DNA of 17,491 nt from a virus (Duplodnaviria; Heunggongvirae; Uroviricota; Caudoviricetes). Positions 15,428 to 17,491 of this stretch are shown here, piece after piece. The position numbers and the translations under genes were made by a program. Numbering within the stretch: position 1 is the first letter of the stretch; each line of letters opens with the position of its first letter. The notes beneath the pieces were generated by a model. The model saw nothing but the letters and a program-made list of their open reading frames with translations. It made no database searches and was not told the DNA's origin. The stretch spans positions 1-17,491 of the IMG/VR virus record IMGVR_UViG_3300029741_000087. One strand, given 5' to 3'.

Positions 15428-17065
15428 ATGACAGTCAGAATATCGGGTGTGCTGAAGGATGGTACGGGAAAAGCGGTACCGGGATGCACGATAGAGCTGA
15501 AAGCGCGCCGCACAACGGAGACGGTGATTGTCACCACGGTGGCGTATGGTCAGCCGGGGGAAACCGGCAGTTACAGTATGGATGTTGAGCCGGGGTTGTA
15601 CCGGGTGACGCTGAACACGGAAGGGTACGCGCCGTCATATGTGGGTGACATTCTGGTGAAGGCGGATTCTGCACCGGGAACGCTGAATAAATATCTGATG
15701 GACCTGGAAGACGCACAGTATTACCCGAAAGCCCTTGCAGAGCTGGAAGCGGTGGCAGCGGAAATCCTGAAACGTGCGGAAGCGTCAGCGGCGAGTGCGG
15801 AGGAGGCAAAAAAACGGGCAGAGAATGCGCGGGGACCGAAGGGGGATAAGGGGGACACCGGGCCGCAGGGTATTCCCGGGCCAAAAGGCGATACCGGCGA
15901 GCGGGGGCCAAAGGGTGAGCGTGGTGAGACAGGACCACAGGGGCTTCAGGGTGTGAAAGGTGAACGGGGAGAGAAGGGCGAAAAAGGCGAGCCGGGAGGA
16001 CCGGATGCGACGACGGCACAGAAGGGAATTGTGCAGTTAAGCAGCGCAACGGACAGTGATGATGAAACGAAGGCAGCCACCCCGAAAGCGGTGAAAGCGG
16101 CAATGGACAAAGCGGACGGATGCCTGGAGAAAGCGAAAAACGGTGACGATATCCCGGATAAGGTGAAGTTTCTGAACACCGTGGGAGCAGCCAGAGTATA
16201 CGGGCGGGACATTCATACGGAGACCGGTGAATGGACCACGAGTGAGTTTGTGGCCTGGCTGAAAGAAAAGGGGGCATTTGACCAGCCTTACTGGATGATG
16301 AAGGCATCACTGCCTGCGGCAATGAATAAAGTCATCACAGATGTCGGACCGGGAAAACTCAATCTGGGTGGCTGTGTCATTGAGGTGATGGGAACGTATG
16401 AGGCTGCCATAGTCCGGGTCACCATTGGCGAATACGGTGCAACGGGGTTTATTAATGGCACGGTCTGTACCTGTACGGTTTACGGCGACACACGGTATTT
16501 CCACTGGCGGGTGGATTACAGCACAAAAAACAAACCGGATACGGTCAGCCAGCGGGATGCCAGCACGACGCAGAAAGGTGTGGTGCAGTTAAGCAGTGAT
16601 ACTGGCAGTAATGACGAAACAAAGGCAGCCACGCCGAAGGCCGTGAAGGCGGCAATGGATGTGGCAAATGAAGCGAAAACAAAGGCAGAAGAGGCTGCAG
16701 CAGGAGGTGGTGTTCCCGGTCCGAAAGGGGAGAAAGGCGACCCCGGTCCCAGAGGTGAGCGTGGAGAAACCGGGCCGATGGGGCCGCCCGGGGCATCAGA
16801 CGGGAAGAGCCGGGTTGTGGGTATCAGGCTGGGTAATAAACAGACTTATGCGCCGCAAACAGACAGCACTACATGGGCAGTGGATTTGGATATTGGTGCG
16901 ATGATTACGGGGATTGGCGGTTACAACGACGGAAACAAAACCCTTATTGACAGGGTATCTTACAGGCCGCTTCAGGTGACATTTGATGGTTCTCAGTGGC
17001 GTACAGTCAGCGTGGGTGAGTATGTGTCGTCAGGAGCTTCGGGGTTTGAGTATTTTCCATTATAA
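15428..17065 (+). CDS. stf: Side tail fibre protein (Stf-like) with collagen-like Gly-X-Y tracts
   Basis: 545 aa. N-terminus MTVRISGVLKDGTGKAVPGCTIELKARR matches lambda Stf (MAVKISGVLKDGTGKPVQNCTIQLKARR) from memory. Two copies of the fibre repeat QKG(I/V)VQLSS...ETKAATPKAVKAAMD. Gly-X-Y runs at aa 136-191 and 427-455. Confidence 0.9.
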   Translation: MTVRISGVLKDGTGKAVPGCTIELKARRTTETVIVTTVAYGQPGETGSYSMDVEPGLYRVTLNTEGYAPSYVGDILVKADSAPGTLNKYLMDLEDAQYYPKALAELEAVAAEILKRAEASAASAEEAKKRAENARGPKGDKGDTGPQGIPGPKGDTGERGPKGERGETGPQGLQGVKGERGEKGEKGEPGGPDATTAQKGIVQLSSATDSDDETKAATPKAVKAAMDKADGCLEKAKNGDDIPDKVKFLNTVGAARVYGRDIHTETGEWTTSEFVAWLKEKGAFDQPYWMMKASLPAAMNKVITDVGPGKLNLGGCVIEVMGTYEAAIVRVTIGEYGATGFINGTVCTCTVYGDTRYFHWRVDYSTKNKPDTVSQRDASTTQKGVVQLSSDTGSNDETKAATPKAVKAAMDVANEAKTKAEEAAAGGGVPGPKGEKGDPGPRGERGETGPMGPPGASDGKSRVVGIRLGNKQTYAPQTDSTTWAVDLDIGAMITGIGGYNDGNKTLIDRVSYRPLQVTFDGSQWRTVSVGEYVSSGASGFEYFPL

Positions 17066-17106
17066 AGCGCATCATCTTTCAGACATGTAACCGGGAGGAC
17101 TTACAG

Positions 17107-17491
17107 ATGCACATAAAGAATTTCAGACAATACACGCCGGAAAATCCGGATGTGCCGGGTGCGATGTACCTGAAATCAGAGGATGGTCAGGACTGGTATG
17201 AGTGTCAGTCGTTATTTTCAGCAGAGACGCTGAAGGTGGTTTATAATAGTGCCAGGGTCATTACCGGCATCAGCAGGGTGGCATCAGTTCTGTGGCCAGT
17301 GGGCCAGAGTGTGGTGGAGGTGGCGGATACGGAAGAAAACCGCAAAGCTGACATCTCGGGGCGCTGGGGTTTTGACGGGGAGAAAATCACGGACCTGCTG
17401 ACCGCGGAGAAAGCGCGCGTGATGAAGGGAGATGAAATCAACGCCTGGCGTAATGCGATGGAAGCGGCGAACTACACGTTTGAGCACAATG
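17107..17491 (+). CDS. tfa: Tail fibre assembly protein (Tfa family), 3' end outside the window
   Basis: GGGAGGA Shine-Dalgarno then ATG at 17107. Motifs DWYE...VVEVAD...RKADISGRWGFDGEKI resemble Tfa-family chaperones (NWYE...VVEVPD...RRADDSGKWMF) as I recall them. Open to the end of the window. Confidence 0.7.
   Translation, partial: MHIKNFRQYTPENPDVPGAMYLKSEDGQDWYECQSLFSAETLKVVYNSARVITGISRVASVLWPVGQSVVEVADTEENRKADISGRWGFDGEKITDLLTAEKARVMKGDEINAWRNAMEAANYTFEHN

Noticed and set aside
15531-16322. Minus-strand ORF of 263 aa inside stf
   Set aside because: Pro-rich translation produced by reading Gly-X-Y collagen-like codons in antisense; an artefact of the repeat.
17241-17487. Two minus-strand ORFs (66 and 67 aa) at the window end
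   Set aside because: Antisense to the well-supported tfa gene; no ribosome-binding sites or motifs.

Overview
This window is the late structural (head-tail joining to tail fibre) region of a lambdoid prophage or phage, all on the + strand. Calls rest on reading the translated ORFs against lambda and HK97 protein sequences and motifs recalled from memory; no database search was run. Gene order: a C-terminal fragment of an upstream structural protein, an HK97-type head-tail joining set (gp6-like connector, adaptor, gp10-family, tail completion), a major tail protein with a C-terminal Ig-like domain, G/GT chaperones with a -1 frameshift site, tape measure H, then lambda-type M, L, K, I, J, a side tail fibre (stf-like) and the start of a tail fibre assembly gene. 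Three non-structural insertions stand out. (1) An AT-rich moron between M and L encodes a complete OmpC/OmpF/PhoE-family porin with an OmpR-box-like upstream sequence and its own terminator. (2) The most interesting signal is a roughly 700-bp insertion between I and J made of three tandem ~235-bp cassettes. Each looks like a self-contained minus-strand small-RNA gene: a CRP-like box about 43 bp upstream of a -10 hexamer, a conserved 5' end, a CCUCCUU anti-Shine-Dalgarno-like core, and an intrinsic terminator whose stem varies in sequence but keeps its structure. This is an inference from sequence only. (3) A 46-codon hok/gef-family type I toxin ORF, missed by the ORF track, sits between J and stf where lambda carries lom. 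No rRNA, tRNA, CRISPR array, integrase or transposase is visible.
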